Assembly (NCBI GenBank): GCA_965112155.1
Contig: OZ218107.1
Reading direction: 5' to 3' (one strand)
DNA length: 64,000 nt
From: Podarcis liolepis
Taxonomy: Eukaryota
The translations under genes and the position numbers were made by a program. The notes below the pieces were generated by a model. The model had not been told where the DNA came from, made no database searches, and saw nothing but the letters and a program-made list of their open reading frames with translations. Below, in pieces: positions 13,146 through 25,183 of the stretch (position 1 is its first letter; the number at the start of each line of letters is the position of its first letter).

Positions 13146-14219
13146 GTACTGTGCCTGAGTTTTTATTCCAGAGCGGGGGGTGGGGGGCGGGGAAGACTTT
13201 AAACACCTCGAAGAGTTTTGTTTTACAATCAAGTGGGACATACATTTTATGAAATCTGTCAATCAGTGACTTGTTGAACTACAACTCCCATCATCCCTAG
13301 CTAGCAAGGCCAGAGCTCAGGAATGATGGGAGTTGTAGTCCAACACTGGTCTAGAGAAAGCAATGGAAGGAAGAGGGGGAGGAGGAGAAAGAGGAACAGA
13401 AACCACCAGCAAATGATCCCTTCAGACCTCTGCCATGGCAAGAGCAATCTGAATTTCCCTTAGCAGTCCACTGGGGCAGGGGAAGGAAGTGGGGGGAAAG
13501 AGGGGAGAGGGAGAAGAGGAGGGGCAGAAAGAGAGCAGAAGAGGGGGGCACACTGAGAGAGAAAAGGGGTGACAAAAAGAGAGAAGATGGGCTGTCCATC
13601 CATCCCACTTTTTGCTCTAGCCCCCACTCACTACAGCTTTCCCCACTGCAACAGTGTGAGCCCTGACAGACCACTCCCAAGGGATTGTAGCTCTTGACAG
13701 AAAGATTTCCTAGCCCTTCTCTGACCTCACAGAAACTGCACTTTTTTCATTTCCTGGGCGTGTATTGCTGAACTGCTGTATTTTCATTTTGTTTCACGCC
13801 GCAGGCAAGGGCATAATTTTCTGGGTTCATTTCGGAACTTGAGCAAAATCTGCCTTCCAAGTGTGCCCGTCTGAGCTACTGGAACTAGCTTATTAAACAA
13901 ATGCTAATGAGCTGAACCTTCTAGTATAACCAGTTAGAGGTAATTATTAGGCGTAAGTCCCGAATGAGGTGGCACGAAGCACAAACACAGATTGAGCAAA
14001 GCCGGGGGGGGGGGGTAGGAGGTAGCAGCAGCCATGGTGAAATTCTGGAGAGGTGACTTATACATTACCCAGCAAAAACACAGTTATAATTGCCATGAGA
14101 TTTCCGTTCTTTGTTGATTGGCTGGTTTCTCTTACAACAGACCAATGCAGTGGGCAAGGAGAGCATAAAGATGGCAGGTCATAAAGAGTTGGTTCAACAA
14201 TCCATTGCTTTCTGAAATT

Positions 14220-14223
<4 letters not shown>

Positions 14224-14269
<46 letters not shown>
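14224..14269. repeat. (AG)23 microsatellite
   Basis: Read directly from the sequence. Confidence 0.95.
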
Positions 14270-14274
<5 letters not shown>

Positions 14275-14865
14275 GAAGCAGAAGATACTGATCTCAACCA
14301 TGAAAACCCAACCGATTTTGGTGCTTAGGAACATAGGGATGTGCCTTACACTGGGCCAGACCAAGCGCAGAACTGTTTACATTGACAGGCAGTCGTTCTC
14401 TATGGTTTCAGACGGGAAGTCTCTCTCAGCTCTATTTGCAGATGGCAGGGATTGAATCTGGGACTTCCTGTCCACAAGGCAATTCCTCTATCCCGAAGCT
14501 ATGGCCCTCCATCAAGTTCCGAAAGATAATCAGTCATATAAATCCATGTCAAGGGAAGGCGATCACACAAATGTGGAATGAGAGAGAGAAACCATTTGAC
14601 ATGTGTTTGGTGTCAAATTTTCCTCTTGGTCACTTTGTGGAAGCTCACAATGGGCCTCTTAGAAGGCGACCGCTTCTCAGGTGTGTGGAAATCCAGGTCT
14701 TCAAAGGCTTTATATAGGTCAAAACGCACACCCAGTCGCTATCCGGGATGTGCAATAATAGCCTGCACTGCTGGTTGACTGAAGAGAAGTTTTGTGTGAA
14801 GGTATTTAGGGTGTGTTCATAAGGCAGTTGTGAACAGGCTCAGATGCACCATCTCTATTTGACCT

Positions 14866-15010
14866 TAGAATCATAGATTTGTAGAGTTGAAAGGGACCAT
14901 GAGAGTTATCTAGTCCAGCCCCCTGCAATGCAGGAATCTTTTCCCAATGTGGGGCTCGAACTTACGACCTGGAGATTAAGAGTCTCATGCTCTACTGACT
15001 GAGCTATCCC
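14866..15010 (-). mobile_element. tRNA-Lys-derived CR1-tail SINE
   Basis: Near-complete tRNA-Lys-like head plus ATGATTCT tail. Confidence 0.8.
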
Positions 15011-16002
15011 AGCTCATACTGGTGGCTGCATCCCACTGTGCTGCTCTTTTGCCCAACTGTGCCATAATCATCACATAGAGTACAGGGATCCAGAATGGGA
15101 CAGACAGTCCAGACAGCTAAACTAGTGCTAGAATCTCTCTCACCCAGTGCATGTCCTTTGCATTCTCCTTGCCTGCACAGATGCTGAATTGAGGTCAAAA
15201 GAAGCTGTAGAAGGGATGTGTTGTTAGCCACAGTTACTATTGAGATGAATGGGAATCATGCATAACTTCCATGTGAGAGCCCTTTTGAGTGTGGGTCTCA
15301 AAATACTTGCCTCAAATGGTTGGGCAATATGTTGCTGCACTGCCTTGCTTACTGTGTTTAGCTAGGGTCACTTCCAGGCAACCTGTTCATCAAGCATTCA
15401 TCTTGAATTGTTTGCACAAAGTTTGTGGGGTGGTTATATATTGGCTACAGTGAACATCTGTTTGTGGAGTCGTTAGATGACCTTGCATCATGCAAATATT
15501 ACTCCAGAATTTCCAGTTCCTTTCTTCCCACCACTTACCTTGTGGCAAAATTATCGGATTTGGAGGAGGGAAGAGAGAGAATGGGCTTTGTTCCATATTG
15601 ACTGTCATGGTGCAATCTGAATTTACTGGAATGTGTTTGAACCCACAACATATCAACAGTCTGGAAGCACCTCAAATTTTTCATAGAACTTGGTTAATGT
15701 TTAAAATGTATTTTAGTTGTGTGTGCGTTTTGTATTTGCAACAGGGACAAAAAGTACTTTACCAGAGAGTTTGTAAAGCAGCAACATAGAAATAAGTCCA
15801 ATTGCTTCTATAAAAGGAAGGTGCTGGTGGATTTGACAGATTTGCTGTGTTGTATCCAGTGGTGGCTTTTTGCTGATGGAAAATTCACCTGCACAAGGTG
15901 GGGCACTCATAAGAAGAGCCCAAATAGATCTGACCAGTGTCTCAACTAGTCTGGCTTCCTGTTCTCACAGTGATCAACTGGATGCCTATGAGACGCCTAC
16001 AG

Positions 16003-16125
16003 TAAGGTTACCAGATGTTCCTGTTTCCCAGGGACAGTTCCCGGATTTACAAATCAGTCCCCATACAAAATCCATTGAAGTTGAAAAGTGTCAATGGGTT
16101 CATTGAAAAAAATCTGGTAACCTTA
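16003..16125. mobile_element. hAT (Blackjack-like) MITE
   Basis: TIR TAAGGTTACCAGAT; TSD (G/A)CCTACAG. Confidence 0.85.
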
Positions 16126-16721
16126 ACCTACAGGCAGGATCCAAGTGCAGCAACAACTTAGCTTTGCCCACTGCGGCCCAAAGTTAAGAGAGATCAGTGG
16201 AAACTGGGTGTCCCACCTTGTGCAAATGGAAATGTTTTCTGCTAGGGCAAAGCCAGCATTGGATGGTATGGCCAGCCCTGCACTCCATGTTTAAGCACAT
16301 GGAACTACTGCCATCCCATCTAATTCAAGTCTGAGGTGCCAGGGATTGAACACAATAGGTTCTCTACATAGAAGTGTATACTCGATTCTGAGCAAACTAA
16401 GCCTCCGGGAGCACAATATACATCAGAGCACAATATACATCAGGAGGCTTAATTTGGTCAGAATCTAGTATATGCTTCCAGAGTTAATGCTAAATACATG
16501 ACTTCTGGTAAATGAGCCACCATAGCCGCTAGAGGGCCGTGAAAATTTGTGTCCTGGGCTTTTTAGACTCTTCTACACATGTTCTATCTGAAACCAAAGG
16601 GGCACATTGGTTGCCAGATGCAAAATATATTGGCATTATTTTCAGCTCTCCTACCCCACTCTATGGCAAAAGGAAGACTTTGCAGCTAAGCTTCTCCCCT
16701 CCTCTCCATCCTTTGTTTCAG

Positions 16722-17213
16722 CTGTACCTGGCTTCTCTCTACTACGTCTATGTTGCCCTGGAGAAAGAGTCTGAGCGGAATAAGGACAACCCAGTCTATG
16801 CCCCTGTTTATTTCCCAAACGAGCTCAATCGCAGGGCAGCTTTGGAAGAAGACTTGGAGTATTTCTATGGCCCCACGTGGAGGAAGGAGATCCAGTGTCA
16901 CGAGGCAACTCAGAAATACGTGGACAGGCTACACCACGTGGGCCAGTACGAACCTGAGCTTTTGGTGGCCCATGCTTACACGCGATACTTGGGAGATTTG
17001 TCTGGGGGTCAGATTCTGAAAAAGATCGCTCAGAAAATGTTCCATCTGCCCAGCACTGGAGAAGGGCTGTCGTTCTTCAACTTCCCTGGAGTCACCAACA
17101 TCAGCAAGTTCAAGCAGCTGTATCGAGCGCGGATGAACAGTCTCCCCATGGACTCAGCTACTGAGGAGAGAATACTTGAGGAGGCCAAGAGATCTTTCCT
17201 GCTGAATATAGAA
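16722..17213 (+). CDS. HMOX1: Heme oxygenase 1, exon 3
   Basis: 492 nt; [18 protein letters not shown] heme oxygenase signature; ttcag| and GAA|gtgagt. Confidence 0.98.
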
Positions 17214-18055
17214 GTGAGTAATCAGCTTTGCCATGAGGCCCATAACTCTCTTGAAAGTCACAATAACATCTCTGTTGACACTCTTAGGAGATGGTGAACA
17301 TTTCTAGGAGCTGACCGAGCTTCTTCTGATTAGAGATTTATTTTTGTAAGGTGAATCAGGGTCATTGAAATAAGGCAAATAAGTCATTGAAATAAGTAGG
17401 ATCAATTACAAAGCAATAAACTAACATTTGACTTATGTACAGGTTTTCCTTAGCCTCAGTGTTGAACAAAAAGAGAAAAAATAGGAGATGATTATGATAT
17501 TGGTAATGGGGTTATGGTAGAAGCCAGTCTGAGAACAAAAAATGCAGGCAGCTGTGTTGGTCTATTAGAAAAAATCCAAACAGAAACAGTGTCATAAATA
17601 ACTAATACTTGTTCCAGTCTTAAAATGTTAATTCGGAACATTCTTTGCAGGCTACGTCAACTTCCCTGGGAGTTAGCCCCATTAAAATCAGTGTCACTTA
17701 CATCTAAATAGACATTGATAGGATTGAACTGTAAGGCAGAAATCCTAACTCCACTTACTTGGAAGTAAGCCCCACTAAATTAAGGATAATTGAGTAGACA
17801 TGGTTGCTACAAGTTACTTTTACATCCATAGGATCACAGGTCATACGAAGGTTTGTCGGGACAAAAAGTGGTGGGCACAGTACTTTTGAAAATTCTAAAA
17901 GGCAGCAGCTATTTAAGTCTGTCCTGATTGGTCTTTGAGTTTGTTGACAGGCTATGATGTATCTTGAGTCCAGCTCTTCCAACCTCCAAATTAATTTTAA
18001 ACAACAACAGAATCAACATTTGTCAGTGAGCATTTAAAAACTAAGTACATACGCA

Positions 18056-18411
18056 GGAACGCGGGTGGCGCTGTGGGTTAAACCACAGAGCCTAAGACTT
18101 GCCGATCAGAAGGTTGGTGGTTCGAATCCCTGCAATGGGGTGAGCTCCCATTGCTTGGTCCCAGCTCCTGCCAACCTAGCAGTTCGAAAGCACGTCAAAG
18201 TGCAAGTAGATAAATAGGTACCACTCCAGCGGGAAGGTAAACGATGTTTCCGTGCGCTGCTCTGGTTTGCCAGAAGTGGCTTAGTCATGCTGGCCACATG
18301 ACCCAGAAGCTGTATGCCGGCTCCCTCGGCCAATAAAGCGAGATGAGCGCCACAGCCCCAGAGTCAGCCACGACTGGACCTAATGGTCAGGGGTCCCTTT
18401 ACCTTTACCTT
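18056..18411 (+). mobile_element. Sauria SINE in HMOX1 intron 3
   Basis: Full length; TSD TACATACGCAG. Confidence 0.92.
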
Positions 18412-19023
18412 TACATACGCAGTTGGTGGATGGCCTGGTTTATTATTTCTTTCCCTCTCCAGAAGGAACTAAGAAGTTCCAATCCCATTAAGATCGAAAC
18501 TTTCTTCAGTCTGGAGGGTTTAAACAAAAGCTAGCTCACTTTTTGTTTGGCTGCACACACACCAACCACTTAAAGAACATCCTTCACAGAGGTTCTTAGG
18601 AACTGCAGTTTACCCTTCACAATGCTACAATTCTTAACTACACCCTTAACAAACTACAGTTCCCAGGATCCTAAAGGGGAAATGTGTGGTGTGTACACAG
18701 CCCAGCTTCCTGATGCAACTGGTGCTGTCCCTACATCTTTCTTCATTTGCAACTTACTCACATAGGGATATGGAGACACATGTATGCAAGGACCAGGATC
18801 CATACCCTTTGTACAGTATATGCACTGGAAGATTTGATCGGTGTTTCTCAGCAGGTTTATAATGAAAGGTAGATGTTCACATGCTCCAATATAAAGATGA
18901 AAGCAAGTGAGGAAGACTGGAGGACCTTCAGACTTTATTAAGATGGGTTGTGGTGGTGGTGGTTTGCAAAATCCTAAAAAGGGAGAGAGTGCTTTTTAGT
19001 AACAAAACGGTGATCTATCTCAG

Positions 19024-19132
19024 GTGTTCAAGGAGTTGCAGAGACTGACAAGCCAAGGACAAACCACAGAAAACCTTCGCCTTGAGGAACCAAAACTAGA
19101 CCTTCACACAAGAGGAATCAACAGAACTCACA
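19024..19132 (+). CDS. HMOX1: Heme oxygenase 1, exon 4 (VFKELQRL...)
   Basis: 109 nt; ctcag| and CA|gtaaga; FxELQ motif; phase 1 joins exon 5. Confidence 0.9.
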
Positions 19133-19460
19133 GTAAGATAACTTCTTAATTTGAGCCATTCCTCATCTTCTAGCCGCACCGATTGCAGCAATCATCCTAG
19201 GAAGCTGCCTTATCAGAACACTGATCCATTTAGCTTAGTTCTTCCCATTACACTGCCTGGCAGCAGCCCTCCAGGGTATCAGGTGAGCTACAGCACTTTT
19301 CCAAGACAGATATTTGTGCTGGCATGGGCCTCGCCATCAGGGGCAGCCATTTGTGATGCCCATGACTGGCAGTAGTAACTTGGCTTCTGACCTTGCCTAC
19401 TATGCTCCCAAGGCAAGCGCCCTTCCTTTTAGCTCCATTTCCCCTTGGATCTTCTAAATA

Positions 19461-19672
19461 CAGTGGTACCTCAGGTTACAGACTCTTGAGGATAGACGCT
19501 TCAGGTTACAGACTCCGCTAACCCAGAAATAGTACCTTGGATTAAGAACTTTGCTTCAGGATGAGAACAGAAATCGCGCAGCGGCAGTGGGAGGCCCCAT
19601 TAGCTAAAGTGGTACCTCAGGGTAAGAACGGACCTCCAGAACGAATTAAGTTCTTAACCCGAGGAACCACTG
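19461..19672. mobile_element. Tigger-like MITE (same family as 10861, opposite orientation)
   Basis: TA TSD; TIR CAGTGGTACCTC. Confidence 0.88.
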
Positions 19673-20424
19673 TAATAGAAAGAGGAGTGATTCCTATCAT
19701 AGCCACTTTCCATTAGAAAATGTGTATGGACCCTACAGTTATCATTAATAAATTCTTATGAGGTGCTTCAGTGTTGTATATATATTGAAAAATAAGAAAG
19801 GCTCACAGCCTCAGAATCTAATATACATGATATAAAAGGAAAAAGGAATGGGGTAGGAAGAGGAAAACAAGCACTGAAGCAACTGCGGCTCTATAGGGTA
19901 CCGGATGGGGTCAGATGGATGTCCCCTTTGCCATGATGAACTTCCTAAGAGGCAGGGGGTGCAGCCGCCTAAGGGCCCCAGGACACCTGGTTAGTTGAAG
20001 AGGCCAAAGTGTTATTTTAAAAGTCTCTCCTTCTCTCACAATCCCTCCTTCCGCCCAGCTCCCTAGGATTTCTGTGCTGCAGAATGCACAGCACAGTTCT
20101 TTAAATGAAATAAGATTCCACCTTGCTGAATGAGATTTATGCCTATAGATGCACATGTAGAGCTGTAAGCCTTACAGTTCTGAAACGCAAAGTCAGAAAA
20201 GTCGCTATGCTGGCTCTCCCTTTTGCTTTCTGTAACCCCCCGCTTGCAAGGCTGTGTCCACCCAGCTGGCTCAACTGCATCAGTGCTCTGTAATATTATT
20301 TGGTGGCTGCTCTGCTCAGTGTACCTGCCTTGCACCCAATGATGTCATCAGCGTGGCTGGAGCATTGCTGAATGTTCTAGAAACGAAGCTCCCAACCTGA
20401 CCAATTTCCATTCTCTTAATATAG

Positions 20425-20552
20425 GTCCAAAGGAAAGTGACCGTGTGCAGATGGGGCATCAGCAGATGCTACCAAGCACGCCGCTCCTGCGTTGGGCTCT
20501 TGCCATCTTCTTCTTGGCAACAACAGTCGGTGTGGGCTTGTATGCCATGTGA
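20425..20552 (+). CDS. HMOX1: Heme oxygenase 1, exon 5 with C-terminal membrane anchor and stop
   Basis: TPLLRWALAIFFLATTVGVGLYAM* is a typical HO-1 tail anchor; total CDS 870 nt in frame. Confidence 0.95.
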
Positions 20553-20820
20553 GCAGAAGGAACATTAGCCATGTCGTTCACCAGCACCTGCCTCATCCTG
20601 TACTAACAGTCCTTTTCCTTGTGGAAGAAGGCCTCCTTAGATGGCCTAGTTTGGGCGATCTAAGCTCAGCTCTTCTCACATCACTAACTTGACAAGTGAC
20701 ACAAAAAGACTCTTAAAAGACTTTAGAAAGTCAAATCAAATGCAGCAAACATTTCTAGAGATATTGAAATGCGAGAGGGAGCCATAAAGACTGATAACTT
20801 GCCAGCTGGGACAACTGAGG

Positions 20821-20826
20821 AATAAA
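20821..20826 (+). terminator. Candidate proximal poly(A) signal of HMOX1
   Basis: AATAAA about 270 nt after the stop codon. Confidence 0.45.
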
Positions 20827-21207
20827 TGTTGCTCCTGGTACTTTGCCTAGTGTTATGTAATAGTACTGTCTACTGCAGACTTCAGCAACCTGATGCCCCT
20901 TCCCTGATATTTTGAACTACAAATCCCATCAGCCCTAGCTGCCACATGCTGGCTGAGGATGATGGGAGTTGTAGTCCAAAATATCTGATGGGCACAAAGC
21001 TGGTCCAATGTTGTGTTGCTTTCTTCTCCTTATCCTGAGACAAAAATGCATTGCTCAAACTATGATTTTATGTAATAATGTTTCTGCTTTATGTAATGTT
21101 GTTTGTTTTTGAAATGCATTTGTACCTCGGTCCTGTATTTTTTTTGGGGGGGAGGAATATATTCTCTTGCATCTGTAACTTGCCTTTTATAAATTATGTG
21201 CTCAATC

Positions 21208-21213
21208 ATTAAA
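21208..21213 (+). terminator. Candidate distal poly(A) signal of HMOX1
   Basis: ATTAAA after a long U-rich stretch, followed by U/GU-rich sequence. Confidence 0.45.
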
Positions 21214-22370
21214 CCTCCCTGTGAGTAGAATGAACTGTATCCTTCTGATTTTAATGTTTTAGCAAATCGTGAGTAGAGTGTTTTTCTTTTCCTGTGTACA
21301 GTACTATATTAACTGATGCTGAAAGGATATTGGGCTGATCAGTGCTCAGCCTTAAAACTAACTTACCTTTGTGTCTAAAGACAAAACTGTTGAATCTTTG
21401 TTTTTGTTTATTTTATTTCTTTTATTTCTATACCGCCCTTCACCCAAGGATCACAGGGCAGTTTACAATATAAAAACACAAAAATATTTAACATAGTAAC
21501 AAACAAAATAATAACCCACAATTTCTTATTTGGGAAAAAAAACGCAGGCACGGTGTGCTCAGCACTGGTCAAGTTTGCACATGACACTAAGCCATGGTTT
21601 ATTAAATCATGGCTTAGCATTAAGTGCCCAGTGGCTTCACTGGTTTGTTTACTGCCAGCAAACCATGATCTGAATCCATGGTTTGCTCTTAATTTATGAA
21701 CCTTGGCTGGTTTTAATGATAGTTTGGTATTACATGCAAGCCCATCACCCTTAATTAGCCATAGTTTGTTTAGCCACCCACACCATAGGCGCTCATCAAA
21801 CTACAAAGTCACAAGGCAAGAGCAGCTAGAAACATAACTAAATTTTGGAGAAACAAGTTTGCTTGATAGTCTGTGGGACAATTTGTGGTTAACTTGTAGT
21901 TTGTTAAGTCCATCGGTATTATTTGCAAATTAGTTCTTTGTAAAATCCCTGGAAAGCTAGGATTGACACCCAGTGTTTAGGAACAGGGTGATGTGTTGCT
22001 TCACAAGCACCTGTATTCAATAAATTTGTTTAGTAACCATAGATGTAATGTTAATGGCTATTGTGTATACTAGTTCATGTCTGTAAAGGAGGATTAGTAA
22101 TTTGCAATACAGTCAAAACCTCTGCTCCTGAAAGCCTCCGTTTTGGAATGTTTCAGCTCCTGAACACCAAAAACCCGGAAGTAAATGCTCCGGTTTTTGA
22201 ATGTTTCTCGGAAGCCAAACGTGCGACACGGCTTCTGCTTGAGTGCAGTTGTCAAACATTTCAGAAGCTGAACGGGCTTCCAGAACAGATTACGTTCGAC
22301 AACCGATGTTTGGCAACAGTTACTTTACCATAGTTTGGCCAAGGAAAATGTTTTGTTCTAAAATAAAGGA

Positions 22371-22526
22371 CATAGCTGTCAACTTTCAGATTTGAAAATA
22401 AGGGATCAGCAGCCTCACCTGTCCCGGAGATAGTCTATGGGATATCTAACAATCCGGGATAGCAGCGGGAAATGGCGCTGAAATAAGGGAATTTCCCGCA
22501 AAAAAAAGGGAAGGTTGACAGCTATG
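22371..22526. mobile_element. hAT MITE
   Basis: TIR CATAGCTGTCAAC; TSD ATAAAGGA. Confidence 0.88.
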
Positions 22527-23080
22527 ATAAAGGAAAGCTGAAGTTAATAAATTTCTAGGTTACCAAAGGAGAATGACAAAACACATAGCCAAGTGATGGT
22601 GTCTGATGTACAAACACTGCAGAGCTCAAACAACAGAAATTAGTTTACAAGTATTTGTACAACCAACAAATAATAATCCAGAAATCTTTCATACTGAACT
22701 ATAGCTGCAATCCTAACATTATTAAATGATCATTCACATGACCATACCAATTGACTCTAATCTAAGTTTAATCACACAAATTAGTATACTCTGCCATGTA
22801 TATGACGGACACACAAATGGGAGAAAAACAGCTTGAATTCTTAACCCACTCTGCTACAGTTGCTGAAAGGTGTTGATCTGTCCCAAGTGGTCTTGACTCG
22901 AGTACACATCTTGAATTAACTCCTAAAGATATTGGGATTTCAACTTTAGATGCCAATTTTATTTCCCCTGCCCAAAATCTAATTGAAGATTGCATGCCTA
23001 TTATATGAAACTGAGCAGCAGAAAAGCCTGGGGAGTCATACCCTTTAGATTCTGTATTTACATGGATTTATCTAATTAAA

Positions 23081-23406
23081 GGGATGCGGGTGGCGCTGTG
23101 GGTTAAACCACAGAGCCTAGGACTTGCCGATCAGAAGGCCGGCGGTTCGAATCCCCACGGCGGGGTGAGCTCCTGTTGCTCAGTCCCAACTCCTACCAAC
23201 CTAGCAGTTCGAAAGCATAGGTACCGCTCTGGTGGGAAGGTAAACGGCGTTTCTGTGTGCTGCTCTGGTTCGCCAGAAGAGGCTTAGTCATGCTGGCCAC
23301 ATGACCTGGAAGCTGTACGCCGGCTCCCTCGGCCAATAAAGCGAGATGAGCACTGCAACCCCAGAGTTGGCCACGACTAGACCTAATGGTCAAGGGTACC
23401 TTTACC
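23081..23406 (+). mobile_element. Sauria SINE
   Basis: TSD TTTATCTAATTAAA. Confidence 0.92.
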
Positions 23407-23994
23407 TTTATCTAATTAAAAAATAGTGGTTTCAGGATGGAGAACAGTAACTTTTGTTATTTTCCTATAAGAGATCGTATGAGGAGACAACAATGCCTCA
23501 ATCTGATTCTATCCATTAACTCTTTTGTACTAACTAACAGTAGAGACTTGAGGAGGGCTAAGTGGCCGCACCACAGTTAACATGCTGGAGAAGAGGAGAA
23601 TAGCATTTCGCCAGCGGCATGGCATCTTGAATGCTGGTAAAAGGCAATTTCACTGCAAAAGGGAGAACAGGCCATCAGGAAGCCCTGTAACTTCAGCAAT
23701 CATTGTAAATTCACCCTGCACAGATAATTTCTTTACAGATGTTTTTGCACCTCTTAAGTCTAGTCCTTGCAGTACGTTTCCAGAGAACTCAAATTTGTAA
23801 GCACACTTCTTTAAAGCCAGCTCCACCTTCAGACGAGGCCTGAGCATTACATGTACGGAAGAATGAGGACTGTCAAACACCATTTGCACAGTAACATTTG
23901 GATGTTAAAAACACATCACATATTCTGTTACAGTTTTGACACAATCCTGCCTGGTACACCAGTACAGTATTATTTACTAGGTAGCCTTTTATTA

Positions 23995-24702
23995 AAAGGT
24001 ACCCCCTGCCTGTACGGCCAGTTGTGTCCGACTCTAGGGTTGCGTGCTCATCTCGCTTAAGAGGCCGGGAGCCAGCGCCGTCCGAAGACACTTCCGGGTC
24101 ACATGGCCAGCGTGACGAAGCTGCAGCTGGCGAGCCAGCCAGGGACGCGGACTTATAAAAAATATTGGGGGGGCCCGGGAAAGCTCATGAATAATAAATA
24201 AGCTCATGAATATGCAAATAAAGTGGCGCCGCCTCCTCGTGAGCGAATAGGGGAGAGTGTGCTGCGCCTATTAATCAGCTCCGAAGGAAATTGGGTGGAG
24301 CTTTTGCCCGGGAGGGAGGGCAGGAGGCATGCAGCCCGACCCTGTGCATTTTGGGCTGGGGGAGGGGCGGCGATGGTGCTCTGCTGGAGGGGCGCCGGAG
24401 ATTATTGGGGGGGCAGAGCCCCCCCAAACGAATTTTTGAGGGGGCTCGGGCCCCCTCAAGCCCCATGGAGTCGGTGCCTATGGAGCCAGCACCAGTGCCG
24501 CACATGGAAACGCTGTTACCTTCCCGCTATAAAGCGGTACCTATTTATCTACTTGCACTTAGGGGTGCTTTCGAACTGCTAGGTGGGCAGGAGCTGGGAC
24601 CGAATGACGGGAGCTCACCCCGCCGCGGGGATTCGAACCGCCGACCTTGCGATCAGCAAGTCCTAGGCACTGAGGTTTTACCCACAGCGCCACCCGCGTC
24701 CC
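23995..24702 (-). mobile_element. Sauria SINE split by a nested hAT element
   Basis: Halves 23995-24139 and 24483-24702 join seamlessly; CpG-rich subfamily. Confidence 0.9.
24140..24482. mobile_element. Non-autonomous hAT (Tip100-like) element
   Basis: 8-bp TSD GAGCCAGC (24132-24139/24483-24490); imperfect TIRs CAGGGACGCGGACT / CATAGGCACCGACT. Confidence 0.85.
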
Positions 24703-25183
24703 AGCATTTTATTAGGCATTGTTATTTATTAAGCAGGATCTGGTATGGTTTCAAATTGGTAAGGGGGTGGAGGGTCGCGTGTTGAATTTCCTGCATTGCA
24801 GGGGGTTGGACTAGATTACCGTCCAACTATGATTCCATGAGTTCCATGGCTGACTGGGGGTTTGAACACTCTTGACCCCGCTCACATACGGTAGCTTCAT
24901 GGGCACGGGGGCAGTAGCGCCCCCCCCTCACTCAGCTTTGGTGGTCTGCAAGGGGGCAGGCCGCTCAAAGTATGGGACACATGAGGAAGGTGGCAGATTC
25001 AGCAGGTGAATCTCCACACAATACAATTTCCTCTATGGAGGGGAAAGCGCTGCCTATTTAGACTTCTGATTTCCCATACAGTTTTTTACAATCAAAAGAA
25101 GCCTCTGTGTCAATGTTGTGGGTGAGCATTGGGTGCCTGGGTACCTTCTATGTATACGAAGGGGTCGTGGTGGTGGTGGGAAC

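Noticed and set aside
14940-15010. tRNA-Lys(CTT) gene (also near 5100 and 8455)
   Set aside because: The stems are mutated and fused directly to a CR1-type tail, so these are SINE heads.
16539-17297. 252-aa ORF as a single-exon heme oxygenase
   Set aside because: It is HMOX1 exon 3 read through into the flanking introns.
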